Shown: positions 17,431 to 26,269 of the stretch, in pieces
How positions within the stretch are numbered: the stretch's first letter is position 1
How the letters are laid out: each line of letters opens with the position of its first letter
Origin: Candidatus Kaiserbacteria bacterium
Lineage (GTDB): Bacteria > Patescibacteriota > Minisyncoccia > Phycocordibacterales > UBA2100
NCBI GenBank assembly: GCA_016432285.1
Contig: CP066682.1
Location: 352,933-416,932, forward strand
DNA length: 64,000 nt
Reading direction: 5' to 3'
The notes under the pieces: generated by a model
Database searches by the model: none
What the model was told of the DNA's origin: nothing
What the model saw: the letters and a program-made list of their open reading frames with translations, nothing else
Translations under genes and position numbers: made by a program

Positions 17431-18138
17431 CTACCACTTCGCTTTTGAGTAGTCGATGGGCTTCGCGTAGAAGGAGTGTTTGTCTACGTAGCCAACAACG
17501 CGCAACGATTTGAAAAGCTTCTTGGTTTTCTCGCTCATGCGCTCTTCCTTCGGGTCGTGCTCGTTCCAGTCGGTGCGTTTGTAGAAAAGCGCGCTCGTGG
17601 GAACATACGTGATCTTGGAGAGCTCCCGTACGATGTGTGCAGGCTCCTTGCCACGCATAAACGTGCCGAGTATTTCTTGCAGTTTTTTCACAGCCTCCTG
17701 ATCTTCTGGAGAGACGCGCACTTTCTCGTCTCTCGTCCACGAAAACTGGTTTTTGGCAAGGATCACATCGCGCAGCGTGCGGCCAAACTCTCCGGCGGCG
17801 AGCCGCGCGAGTGTTACCTGCACCACCCCAAGCTGTCCCAAGGGGGACTCGCCCTTCGCCTCGTGGTAGACGTTTTCTGAAAGCAGGGTGAGATCCTCTT
17901 TTGAGTAGAGCTCCTGCTGCGCGCGCTCGATTTTTGCACCCTCACGAGCCTGCGCCGGCCCAGCATCGCTCACGGCTGCACCCGCATATACGGTGCCCGC
18001 CGCAAGGAGTGTGCGCAGCACTTTGACAGTTTCTTGAAGCGAAGGACCTTGCCCAGAAGAGGATTCATCTTTCAAAAAATCAGAGACCAATTTTTTTGCA
18101 CCCTCGATGCGCGAGCGGTCGATTCTGTCCATCCCCAT
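17431..18138 (-). CDS. SleB-like cell wall hydrolase (Hydrolase_2 family) domain protein
   Basis: LLSENVYHEAKGESPLGQLGVVQVTLARL...ILAKNQFSWT matches the SleB/CwlJ catalytic-domain pattern. Confidence 0.65.
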   Translation of the reverse strand: MGMDRIDRSRIEGAKKLVSDFLKDESSSGQGPSLQETVKVLRTLLAAGTVYAGAAVSDAGPAQAREGAKIERAQQELYSKEDLTLLSENVYHEAKGESPLGQLGVVQVTLARLAAGEFGRTLRDVILAKNQFSWTRDEKVRVSPEDQEAVKKLQEILGTFMRGKEPAHIVRELSKITYVPTSALFYKRTDWNEHDPKEERMSEKTKKLFKSLRVVGYVDKHSFYAKPIDYSKAKW

Positions 18139-18197
18139 GCCACAAGTATAGCCTTCATTCTGGATTCTTTCAGTCCGCGAGAGTATGATGACCGGCT

Positions 18198-19097
18198 ATG
18201 GCATCCCTCTACACCGAAAAGAGCAAGAACATCCAAAAGACGTGGCTTTTGATGGGCGTCTTTCTCGTCCTCATCATCGCAATCGGATATTTCGCCGGGT
18301 GGTACCTCAACAACCCTTCTATTGTATACATCGCGGTCGCATTTTCGCTTTTCATGAACGTCGCGGCGTACTGGTTTTCGGACAAAGTCGCGCTTGCCGC
18401 CACTGGCGCCAAGGAAGCTGATCCGAACCAGTTCCGTGAGCTGCATCGCATGCTCGAAAATCTCGCGATCACCGCGGGCCTTCCGAAGCCGCGGCTCTAC
18501 GTGATCGACGATCCGGCACCGAATGCCTTTGCCGCAGGAAGGAATCAGGAGAGGGCGGTCGTGGCCGTCACGACAGGCCTCCTCGGCCAGCTTGAGAAAG
18601 CGGAGCTCGAGGGAGTGATCGCGCACGAGCTCTCACACATCGGCAATCGCGACATTCTCGTGATGACCGCGGCGGTCGTGCTCGCCGGATTTATCGCGAT
18701 CATCGCCGACATATTCCTCCGCATGAGCTTTTTCGGGGGAGGAGGGGATCGCGACAACCGCAATCCCTTGTTCGCGATTCTTGGTATCGTGGCCATCATC
18801 GTGGCCCCGATCGCGGCGCAGCTCATACAGCTCGCCGTCTCGCGCCGCCGCGAATTTTTGGCCGACGCCTCGGGCGCGCTCCTCACGCGCTACCCCGACG
18901 GGCTCGCATCGGCCTTGAAAAAGATCGCGAGCTACCAGGCACCGATGAAAAGGGCCAACCACGCCACCGCGCACCTCTTTATTTCGAATCCCTTCGGCGC
19001 GCACGAGGCCGGTCGCTTTATCGCCAAGATCTTCAGCACCCACCCGCCGGTGGAGGAGCGCGTGGCGGCCCTCGTGGGGTTGCGCGGGCAGATCTAG
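18198..19097 (+). CDS. htpX: Zinc metalloprotease HtpX (peptidase M48)
   Basis: HELSHIGNRD (HExxH), 4 TM segments and the C-terminal FSTHPPVEERVAAL. Confidence 0.9.
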   Translation: MASLYTEKSKNIQKTWLLMGVFLVLIIAIGYFAGWYLNNPSIVYIAVAFSLFMNVAAYWFSDKVALAATGAKEADPNQFRELHRMLENLAITAGLPKPRLYVIDDPAPNAFAAGRNQERAVVAVTTGLLGQLEKAELEGVIAHELSHIGNRDILVMTAAVVLAGFIAIIADIFLRMSFFGGGGDRDNRNPLFAILGIVAIIVAPIAAQLIQLAVSRRREFLADASGALLTRYPDGLASALKKIASYQAPMKRANHATAHLFISNPFGAHEAGRFIAKIFSTHPPVEERVAALVGLRGQI

Positions 19098-19133
19098 CGG
19101 TATACTGAAAACGGTCATACGTGGGAGGTCAAG

Positions 19134-19337
19134 ATGACCGAAATCGTTGATGCGAAGAAGTTCTTCGAGCGGAAGTGGCTTTTTAATGAGAGGCGGAGAG
19201 CGCAGAACCGTGCTCCCCGGATGCAGGAAGATGCGCAGCGCATCCAATTCCCTTTATCGCAAACGCCCGAGCAGCGGCGGCGTAGCAATGAAAGGAGTGT
19301 TCGGGAAGTGCAAGCGCGGATCGTTCAGGATCAGTGA
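19134..19337 (+). CDS. Small basic hypothetical protein (67 aa)
   Basis: TATACT at 19103-19108, then GGGAGG 5 nt upstream of the ATG. No homology recognised. Confidence 0.4.
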   Translation: MTEIVDAKKFFERKWLFNERRRAQNRAPRMQEDAQRIQFPLSQTPEQRRRSNERSVREVQARIVQDQ

Positions 19338-19347
19338 GGAGTGTGTG

Positions 19348-19500
19348 ATGAATGTTCTCTACGTGGGAGCGTACTTGATCGCTCACGGGCGGGGCAGAGA
19401 GTACCGCGAGCGTGCGCGAAGATTGCGAGTCGCTCGCCGGGCGCAGCGGCGAAGCGCTCGCGAAAGCAGGGGATTCAGCAAGCGCTTCCGTCGAAAATAA
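19348..19500 (+). CDS. Small very basic hypothetical protein (50 aa, about 30% Arg/Lys)
   Basis: GAGGAG lies 6 nt upstream of the ATG, 10 nt after the stop of the previous small ORF. A terminator follows. Confidence 0.35.
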   Translation: MNVLYVGAYLIAHGRGREYRERARRLRVARRAQRRSARESRGFSKRFRRK

Positions 19501-19514
19501 TCGAAAGTTAAGGT

Positions 19515-19541
19515 GGGCCGCTTCGGCGGCCCCCTCCTTTT
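19515..19541 (+). terminator. Rho-independent terminator after the two small ORFs
   Basis: GGGCCGC-TTCG-GCGGCCC followed by CCTCCTTTT. Confidence 0.7.
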
Positions 19542-19576
19542 AATAGGAATTGGAATGCGATATGCTCAGTGCGCGA

Positions 19577-19660
19577 GGAGGGTTCGAATCCGAATCGAGG
19601 ATTCGAAAGCCGGAGGCGCGTCGGCGCCGAGGCGGGGTCGCGGAAATTTTCAACAGAAAA
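19577..19660 (+). repeat. Degenerate copy of module 2 of the tRNA-associated mini-insertions, fused to a T-arm-like fragment
   Basis: GGAGGGTTCG (19577-19586) repeats the first 10 nt of tRNA-Ser (19725-19734). Perfect 9-bp hairpin TTCGAATCC (19583-19591) / GGATTCGAA (19599-19607). It is followed by AGCCGGAGG...CGAGGCGGGG, as in the Arg and Phe inserts. Confidence 0.4.
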
Positions 19661-19724
19661 TTATCCCTGACCGCATAGTGGGCTTGTTATACGATGTTTG
19701 TCGGCTCGGTTTGCAGATATACAC

Positions 19725-19812
19725 GGAGGGTTCGCATAGTGGTCTAGTGCGCCGCATTGGAGATGCGGTGTGGGGAAACCCACCGAGAGTTCGAATCTCT
19801 CACCCTCCGCCA
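19725..19812 (+). tRNA. tRNA-Ser (anticodon GGA), class II, CCA encoded
   Basis: Acceptor GGAGGGT/ACCCTCC, anticodon loop TTGGAGA, long variable arm TGTGGGGAAACCCACC, T-arm GAGAGTTCGAATCTCTC, then GCCA. Confidence 0.9.
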
Positions 19813-19815
19813 TCT

Positions 19816-20127
19816 ATGGACGATAAGATCCAAAATCTTGAAAAAGAAATTTTAACGCTCCGCGAGCGAGGTCGCACCTTGGAGTCGCAAATCGAATTAC
19901 TGAAAGAGCGCAACGCGCGGGTGGAGAGCGAAAAGGCGTGGGAGACGAGCTACTTCCGAGTACTCTCGATCGGGCTCGTCACGTACGTCGTGGCGGCCGC
20001 GCTCCTCTTTGCGATCGGTGTCGCCAATTTTCTGCTGGCAGCTCTCATGCCCTCGATCGGGTACATTCTCTCCACGCTCTCGTTCCCGGCGTTGAAGCGC
20101 TGGTGGCTTCGGAGGCGAGTCTCGTAG
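19816..20127 (+). CDS. Small coiled-coil protein with two C-terminal TM helices (103 aa)
   Basis: The ATG lies 3 nt after the tRNA. The sequence MDDKIQNLEKEILTLRERGRTLESQIELLKERNARVE is followed by hydrophobic segments. The longer 204-aa ORF would run through tRNA-Ser. Confidence 0.55.
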   Translation: MDDKIQNLEKEILTLRERGRTLESQIELLKERNARVESEKAWETSYFRVLSIGLVTYVVAAALLFAIGVANFLLAALMPSIGYILSTLSFPALKRWWLRRRVS

Positions 20128-21045
20128 CTACACGGTCTCGTGTTTCTTGAAGATCACGATGCTTTCGCTGTCGCTTTCCGCTTCTTTCAGGGGCAGCACG
20201 GTATTCACGACGATCTCGACGGGCGCCCCATCCCTTTCCACGACGCAGGTGAGCTGCGTTTCTCCGTGGGAGACGCGTGAGGCGTTTTGCTTTTCTGCGA
20301 GCTCGATCAATTTCTTGTAACTCTCGAGGACATTCTTCGTCGAAAAGCCCGCCTCCGCGACGGCGCGCGCCGCCTCTTCGTACGATGCCTCTCCGCCTTC
20401 CGTTTGCGCTGCTTTGAAGGCCTCTTCATCGTCCACTTCACTCTTTTTCCAAAAATCTCCAGCATTCGGATCCACGGTCGTGCTGCCCGCGCGTATCACG
20501 CCCATGGTTTCGTACTTGCCGGTCCGGCGCACTGCATTCGCGCCTTTGAGGCGGCAGAGAAGCCAGCCGCCAGACTCGACATTTTTGAGAAGATGTTTGG
20601 TCATCGTTACCTCTTCGTCGAGCACGACGACGATTTTCGCCCGCTCTCCCTCGTGCCATTCCGCCGCACCCTTCTGGATCTCATCGAGGCCGCTCTTTTT
20701 GCGCAGCATGTCTGCCTCTGCCGTCCTCTCCGTGAGCATACGGAAGTGGGGGATCGAATCTCCCTTGCGAAAGGCGCGCGTGATAGCCACATTGCGCTCC
20801 GGATGCACGACGTAGATGTCGAGATCCTCGGGATTCAGTCGATTGAGATGGAAAGCGCGTCGGAACGATCGGAATTTTTTTATGTCGCTCTTGTGGACTT
20901 CGAGATACGGATCCGTCTTCAGATCTTGCTCGAGCTCGCGCTCGAAATCCGCCTCCTCTTTTTCGGCAGTCGGCTCGCCTTGCTCGCGCCCAAACTCGTT
21001 GCCTACACCTGCCTTCAACATCCTCCCAATATACCAGGTATGCAC
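20128..21045 (-). CDS. Hypothetical acidic cytoplasmic protein (305 aa)
   Basis: Long ORF with normal composition and no recognisable motifs. Its stop abuts the stop of the convergent gene. Confidence 0.55.
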   Translation of the reverse strand: MHTWYIGRMLKAGVGNEFGREQGEPTAEKEEADFERELEQDLKTDPYLEVHKSDIKKFRSFRRAFHLNRLNPEDLDIYVVHPERNVAITRAFRKGDSIPHFRMLTERTAEADMLRKKSGLDEIQKGAAEWHEGERAKIVVVLDEEVTMTKHLLKNVESGGWLLCRLKGANAVRRTGKYETMGVIRAGSTTVDPNAGDFWKKSEVDDEEAFKAAQTEGGEASYEEAARAVAEAGFSTKNVLESYKKLIELAEKQNASRVSHGETQLTCVVERDGAPVEIVVNTVLPLKEAESDSESIVIFKKHETV

Positions 21046-21088
21046 ACCGTCAACTGGACGATGGTGAAAGTCGCGCTACGATTCACGT

Positions 21089-21493
21089 ATGACAGAAGTC
21101 AGTTTGATTTCGCTCCTCGCTTCCGGGATCGTGAGCCTTCTCATCGGTTTCGCGTGGTATCACCCGAAGGTCTTTGGAGGAATCTGGATGCGGCTCTCCA
21201 ACATCACGCCCGAATCGCAGGAGCGCGGCAAGCGTCGCATGCCGGTGAGCGCGGGAATCACTTTCCTTGCGAGCATGGTGATCGCGTACGTCATGAGCTA
21301 CTTCGGCATCGCGTGGGGTGTGTACGATCCGATCGGTGCAATCGAGCTCGCGTTCTGGATCTGGATCGGATTCGTCGCGCCGACGATGCTCGGCACGGTG
21401 CTCTGGGAACAAAAGCCCTTCCTCCTCTATGTGATCAACGTCGGCTTCTGGTTTGTCGCGCTCGTTGCTATCGCGATCGTTCTGGTTTTCTAA
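21089..21493 (+). CDS. DUF1761 family membrane protein
   Basis: LIGFAWYHPKVFGGIWMRL plus 4 TM segments, as recalled for DUF1761. Confidence 0.6.
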   Translation: MTEVSLISLLASGIVSLLIGFAWYHPKVFGGIWMRLSNITPESQERGKRRMPVSAGITFLASMVIAYVMSYFGIAWGVYDPIGAIELAFWIWIGFVAPTMLGTVLWEQKPFLLYVINVGFWFVALVAIAIVLVF

Positions 21494-21518
21494 AGAGCCG
21501 GTTCTCCTTTTTTGAGAA

Positions 21519-22064
21519 GTGTGCTTTGATGCGCTCATGAAACGCGTATTCACCGTTGCACTTCTTCTCACCGCCGTTGCGGTGCTGATCTCGCTCGTCT
21601 ACACCAAGCTCCCCACGCCACTCACGCAGCAACAAGAGCAGCAAGAGGAACAGCAGGAGCAACGGCAAGCGCAGCAAGAGAAGCAAGGCGTCGGCGAGAC
21701 GGTGGAACTCGATGGGCAGATCATTCGCATCAGCGTCGCGGATACAGACGAGGAGCGGCAGTTGGGCTTGAGCGGCCGTGAGGGGCTTGCGCAAGACGAG
21801 GGAATGTTGTTTATTTTTCCGGAGGACGGTTTGCATGCATTTTGGATGAAGGACATGCTCTTTTCGATCGACATTTTATGGCTCTCTGCCGAGGGCAAAA
21901 TCGTCCATATTGAAAAGAGCGTCTCTCCCGACACCTTCCCCTCGTCGTTTTCCCCATCCGCGCCGGCGAGATACGTTTTGGAGTTGCCAGCGGGCTTTTC
22001 CGAGCGGTATACTGTGATGCAAGGGGACGTGGTGCATCTCGGAAGCGCGACGCTTTTTGATTAG
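21519..22064 (+). CDS. DUF192 (COG1430) domain protein with an N-terminal anchor and a Gln/Glu-rich linker
   Basis: GLSGREGLAQDEGMLFIFPEDGLHAFWMKDMLFSIDILWL matches the DUF192 pattern. QQQEQQEEQQEQRQAQQEKQ is a low-complexity stretch. Confidence 0.7.
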   Translation: MCFDALMKRVFTVALLLTAVAVLISLVYTKLPTPLTQQQEQQEEQQEQRQAQQEKQGVGETVELDGQIIRISVADTDEERQLGLSGREGLAQDEGMLFIFPEDGLHAFWMKDMLFSIDILWLSAEGKIVHIEKSVSPDTFPSSFSPSAPARYVLELPAGFSERYTVMQGDVVHLGSATLFD

Positions 22065-22110
22065 CTTCGCGATATTGCCTCATGCAGCTTGCAGGGGGTG
22101 GTTGTCCACA

Positions 22111-22122
22111 CTATCGCGATAG
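22111..22122. promoter_or_regulatory. Perfect 12-bp palindrome CTATCGCGATAG upstream of nrdJ (NrdR-box-like left half ACACTAT)
   Basis: ACACTATCGCGATAGCGA at 22108-22125 overlaps the expected -35 position for TACAAT at 22145-22150. Confidence 0.35.
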
Positions 22123-22176
22123 CGAGCTCGCAAAAGCGCGGGAGTACAATAAACCTCCGATTAAAAATCTAGGTCA

Positions 22177-24534
22177 ATGCGCATGACAAAAACAATCGCC
22201 GCACGCGCGGCACGTGAGAAAGGTTCGGCAGGGGTCGTCGACGGCTCCGCGCTTCGCGTGTACAAAAAATATTTACCGCAGATCCAGAAACGCGACGGAC
22301 GAATCGTGCCGTTTGAATTTGAAAAAATCGTGCGCGTGATCGAGAAGGCGATGAAAGCCTCCAACGAAGGCTCCGCGGAGGAAGCGATGGTCGTGGCCCA
22401 CAAGGTCGCGGGCGAGATGATGCGCATCGCCAAGACCTACAAGAACTTCCTGCCGACCGTCGAGGGCTGCCAGGACGAGGTAGAGCGTCAGCTCATCCTC
22501 TCCGACTACGTGGCGACCGCGAAGAACTACATTCTCTACCGCGCGGAGCGCTCCAAGATCCGCAAAGAGCAGGGAGAGGTGCCGGAGCATGTCCGCAAGC
22601 TCGCCGAGGAGTCGAAAAAGTATTTCAAAAGCAATCCGCTCGGAGAGTTTGTGTACCTCCGGACCTACGCGCGCTGGATCGAGAGCGAGCAGCGCCGCGA
22701 GACGTGGATCGAGACAGTCGATCGCTACGTCAATTTCATGAAAGAGAATCTCGGCGAAAAGCTCACGAAGCGCGAGTACGCGGAGGTGCGCGAAGCGATC
22801 CTCAAGCAGGAGGTGATGCCCTCGATGCGCGCGATGCAGTTTGCGGGCGCGCCTGCCAAAAAGTGCAACACGTGTTTCTACAACTGCTCTTTCACCGCAC
22901 CAGTGAAGCTCGAAGATTTCGCGGAGATCATGTATCTCTCGATGCAGGGATGCGGCGTGGGGTATTCGGTGGAAAGCCAGAACATCCAGCAGCTTCCGCA
23001 GATCGAAAAGCAAACCAGCGAGAAGCTCCCGACGCACGTCGTGCAAGACACGAAAGAAGGGTGGTGCGACGCGCTCACGCTTGGCCTTCGGACCTGGTAT
23101 TCCGGCAAAGACATCGAATTTGATTTCTCACTCATTCGCCCCGCAGGCGCGCGCTTGAAGACGATGGGCGGCAAGGCCTCCGGTCCTGAGCCCCTGCGCT
23201 CGCTCCTCGCCTTCGCGCGGGAGCGCATTTTGAAGCGGCAGGGGAGGCGCCTTCGCAACATCGACGCGCACGACATCATCTGCAAGATCGGCGAGTGCGT
23301 GGTGGCGGGCGGCGTGCGCCGCACGGCCATGATCTCGCTCTCGGACCTCGACGACGTGGAAATCCGCGACGCGAAAAAGGGCCAATTCTTCCTCACCGAT
23401 CCGTACCGCTCGGTCGCCAACAACTCCGCCGTCTACGAATCGAAGCCGACCAACGCCGAGCTCATGGACGAGTGGGTCGCCCTTATGAAATCGGGCACCG
23501 GCGAGCGCGGCATCTTCAACCGCGGTTCGCTCGAGAAGACCATGCCCGAGCGCCGTATCAAGCTCTTGCAGAAAAAGTACAAGCGCAAAGGCTACATCGG
23601 GCAGGTGGGCACTAATCCGTGCGGCGAGATCATTCTGCAATCAAAACAGTTCTGCAATCTCTCCGAAGTGATCGCGCGCGCCGACGACACCGAGAAAACC
23701 CTGCTGCGGAAAGCGAGGCTCGCGACATTGCTCGGCACCTACCAGTCGACGCTCACGAATTTCAACTACATCTCGCAGGAGTGGACCGACAACTGCCGCG
23801 CGGAGCGACTCCTCGGTGTCTCGATCACCGGCCAGTGGGATTCTCCCGCGGTGCGCAATCCGAAGGTGATGAAAAAAATGCGCGACGCTGCGGTGAAGAC
23901 CAACGCTTCGTACGCCAAACGTTTCGGGGTGAATCCCTCAAGCTCGATCACATGCGTGAAGCCCTCGGGAACCGTCTCGCAGACCTTCGATTGCTCCTCC
24001 GGCATCCACCCGCGTCACTCGCAGTACTACATCCGCCGCGTGCGCATCTCGGCTACCGACTCGCTCTTCAAGATGGTCCGCGACCAGGGGATCCCGCACC
24101 AGCCTGAAGTGGGGCAGAATCCGGGCGAGGCCAACACCTACGTCTTGGAGTTCCCGGTCAAATCTCCCACAGGGTCGGTTTTCAAGAACGACCTCACCGC
24201 GCTCCAGCAGCTCGAATACTGGAAGATGGTGAAAGTGAATTTCACGGAGCACAATCCTTCGGCCACGATCTCGGTGGGCGACGAGGAGTGGGTGGAGGTG
24301 GTCTCGTGGCTCTACGCCAATTGGGACATCATCGGCGGCCTCTCCTTCCTGCCGCGCGAAAACCACGTCTACCGTCTCGCACCGTACGAATCAATCGACA
24401 AAAAGACGTACGAGCAGCTCGCTGCGAAGTTCCCGAAGATCGACTACTCGAAGCTCGTCATCTACGAGCGCACCGACGAAACCGAGCAGAAAAAGGAGCT
24501 CGCCTGCGCTGGCGGCACCTGCGAAATTATTTAA
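22177..24534 (+). CDS. nrdJ: Class II (adenosylcobalamin-dependent) ribonucleotide reductase with an N-terminal ATP-cone
   Basis: ATP-cone (IQKRDGRIVPFEFEKIVRVIEKAM), active-site TNPCGEI, and a C-terminal CAGGTCEI redox tail. Confidence 0.85.
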   Translation: MRMTKTIAARAAREKGSAGVVDGSALRVYKKYLPQIQKRDGRIVPFEFEKIVRVIEKAMKASNEGSAEEAMVVAHKVAGEMMRIAKTYKNFLPTVEGCQDEVERQLILSDYVATAKNYILYRAERSKIRKEQGEVPEHVRKLAEESKKYFKSNPLGEFVYLRTYARWIESEQRRETWIETVDRYVNFMKENLGEKLTKREYAEVREAILKQEVMPSMRAMQFAGAPAKKCNTCFYNCSFTAPVKLEDFAEIMYLSMQGCGVGYSVESQNIQQLPQIEKQTSEKLPTHVVQDTKEGWCDALTLGLRTWYSGKDIEFDFSLIRPAGARLKTMGGKASGPEPLRSLLAFARERILKRQGRRLRNIDAHDIICKIGECVVAGGVRRTAMISLSDLDDVEIRDAKKGQFFLTDPYRSVANNSAVYESKPTNAELMDEWVALMKSGTGERGIFNRGSLEKTMPERRIKLLQKKYKRKGYIGQVGTNPCGEIILQSKQFCNLSEVIARADDTEKTLLRKARLATLLGTYQSTLTNFNYISQEWTDNCRAERLLGVSITGQWDSPAVRNPKVMKKMRDAAVKTNASYAKRFGVNPSSSITCVKPSGTVSQTFDCSSGIHPRHSQYYIRRVRISATDSLFKMVRDQGIPHQPEVGQNPGEANTYVLEFPVKSPTGSVFKNDLTALQQLEYWKMVKVNFTEHNPSATISVGDEEWVEVVSWLYANWDIIGGLSFLPRENHVYRLAPYESIDKKTYEQLAAKFPKIDYSKLVIYERTDETEQKKELACAGGTCEII

Positions 24535-24557
24535 TTCTGCTCTCTTAAAAAGTGGAA

Positions 24558-24583
24558 AGCCCCGCGATCCTCGCGGGGCTTTT
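24558..24583. terminator. Bidirectional terminator between nrdJ and the convergent small gene
   Basis: AGCCCCGCGA-TCC-TCGCGGGGCT, flanked by AAA on the left and TTT on the right. Confidence 0.8.
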
Positions 24584-24589
24584 CGTGCG

Positions 24590-24847
24590 TCAGATGTCGA
24601 TGACGATCTTTTCGGTGTCGTCGCGCTCCGTGACGCAGATCAGGCGGGCTCTTCCGATTGCGACCTCGCCTTCTTTCTCGTCAGGCATCTTGTGCCTGCC
24701 GTAGGTTACATGCCTTTTTTCGGGGATCCTGAGACCCTGGGATTTAGCCTGCATGAGCGTCAAATACACGCTCGACCCGGGCGCCATCCACACCTCGACC
24801 GACGTTTCGGTGCCGGCGAGCGTCAGCGTTACCGTAATCCTTGGCAT
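24590..24847 (-). CDS. Small hypothetical protein (85 aa)
   Basis: GGAGGAG lies 6 nt upstream of the ATG (MPRITVTLTLAGTETSVEVW...). A terminator lies downstream. Confidence 0.5.
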   Translation of the reverse strand: MPRITVTLTLAGTETSVEVWMAPGSSVYLTLMQAKSQGLRIPEKRHVTYGRHKMPDEKEGEVAIGRARLICVTERDDTEKIVIDI

Positions 24848-24923
24848 CGTATCTCCTCCAATGAACAACGTCGCTCACAAGAAAACACGATTGCCAGAGC
24901 GCGTCAAATTGGTATACTACCCG

Positions 24924-25342
24924 TCTGCGTCAGGCAATCGCCCCGCGTAAGCGGGGAGGAAAGTCCGGACACGCACATTGTTCTTACGATGTAGCAGGGT
25001 AGCGGGTAACGCCCGTCCGAGTAATTCGAGGGATGCGAACAGAGACGCCGAAGCCGAGAGGCGACGGCTCCTACCGAGGTTTAACCTCGGTCGGATGAGG
25101 CCCGCAGCAATGCGGGAGTGCAACGGCAAAAATCCTACCTGCGTGCAAGGTCGTGACCCATGGGATAATGCGCTCCGAATAGTTCGGCTGATCCGGAGAG
25201 ATGAATAAAATCCGATTTTCCGAAATGTGCGGATCGCGTTATCCCACGGGTAGAACCGCTCGAGGTGATCGGCAACGATCATCCCAGATACATGATTGCC
25301 TCGTCCTTCGGGATCAGACAGAATCCGGCTCATGACGCAGAA
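24924..25342 (+). ncRNA. rnpB: RNase P RNA, bacterial type A
   Basis: GAGGAAAGTCCGGAC at 24955-24969 and ACAGAATCCGGCT near 25317-25330. P1 pairs TGCGTCA (24926-24932) with TGACGCA (25333-25339). TATACT at 24913-24918 lies just upstream. Confidence 0.9.
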
Positions 25343-25346
25343 CGAA

Positions 25347-25375
25347 CCCCGCCGCAAGGCGGGGTTTGCTTTTTT
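25347..25375 (+). terminator. Rho-independent terminator of rnpB
   Basis: CCCCGCC-GCAA-GGCGGGG followed by TTTGCTTTTTT. Confidence 0.85.
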
Positions 25376-25519
25376 AACTCAGGATGGCGGCACTTTCTGC
25401 TTTGACAACAGACGATCTTATGGGCGAACGGCACAACTTGTAAGAAAAACGCTTGCGGGGTATCATGTGCCTTATGATAGATAACCTGGTTGAGTAGACC
25501 TCGTTGTGAGCCAGGAGGA

Positions 25520-26269
25520 TTAACGTTGTAGGTCAAGAGGAGGGTTCACGGAGAACACCTTCCGGACCCATTCGCGCGTGTCGTCCACGCGCTTTATGAG
25601 GTTAGCGCGTCTGTTTGGATCGGAAATCTCTTTAGCCACCTGGATATACTGGAGATTTGACTCGGCAATTTTTTTGTCGATCGCGTACTCACGTGCATGA
25701 TTTTTTTCAACGAGGAATTTTATGAATTCGTCGTCCTTCTTCTCCTCTCTGAAGTAGTTCCACTTCAGCGCAAGAAAAAAAGCCTGGTTGTTCTTGCCGA
25801 TTAGGTTCTCGTAGTGGTAGAGGTTTCCAACATTCGCTATTTGCATGTGCACGCTCGCCAGATCTTCGTGGATTAAGGCGCGGTCGATTCGCTCTTTTGC
25901 TTTTCCTCCCTTGTCCGTAGATGCAGTTTGCCAGTCGTAAAGCGTCTTGTAGAGAAGTGCGTGTATGTATCCGAGAATGTTGTTCACCTTCACGCTCACG
26001 TATGCCTTTTCCTGGCCGTGGGTTCGTGCCATCTCTTCAGCGATGGTTTTTGAAATCCAAAGATAGACGCCATACCCAGCGACACCGACAAAAGCCATTA
26101 CGATGCTCAAGATGTCTAGAACGTCAGATGTCTCAATGGGAGCCAAAAGTGGCGAGGATATCTGAGCCAGACGAAGGAAGTCAGGCACGTACAAGAAGCC
26201 GACGGCAAAAATAAAAACCGTCGCTAAAATGCCGATTAGTTCGAAGACCTTTCTCATGCGCGGATCCAT
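25520..26269 (-). CDS. Hypothetical protein with two N-terminal TM helices and an all-helical soluble C-terminal domain of about 170 aa; low-GC islet
   Basis: GGAG lies 7 nt upstream of ATG 26269 (MDPRMRKVFELIGILATVFIFAV...). Local GC is clearly below its neighbours, with many AT-rich runs. Confidence 0.6.
   Translation of the reverse strand: MDPRMRKVFELIGILATVFIFAVGFLYVPDFLRLAQISSPLLAPIETSDVLDILSIVMAFVGVAGYGVYLWISKTIAEEMARTHGQEKAYVSVKVNNILGYIHALLYKTLYDWQTASTDKGGKAKERIDRALIHEDLASVHMQIANVGNLYHYENLIGKNNQAFFLALKWNYFREEKKDDEFIKFLVEKNHAREYAIDKKIAESNLQYIQVAKEISDPNRRANLIKRVDDTREWVRKVFSVNPPLDLQR

Noticed and set aside
19513-20127. 204-aa ORF spanning the tRNA-Ser gene.
   Set aside because: It reads straight through the tRNA. 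Only the part after ATG 19816 looks like a real protein (coiled coil plus TM helices).
21599-21680. CAG/CAA/GAG-rich tract, considered as a microsatellite or phase-variation site.
   Set aside because: It is an imperfect, in-frame Gln/Glu linker in the DUF192 protein without a pure repeat unit, so it is unlikely to slip.
22065-22176. Cobalamin riboswitch upstream of the B12-dependent nrdJ.
   Set aside because: Only about 110 nt of intergenic sequence is available, and I could not find the B12-box or the expected multi-helix junction.
25377-25519. Unassigned 143-nt spacer after the rnpB terminator, inspected for SRP RNA, 6S RNA or tmRNA.
   Set aside because: None of the conserved motifs I know for these RNAs is present, and there is only a weak hairpin (CCTGG...CCAGG). 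Left unannotated.
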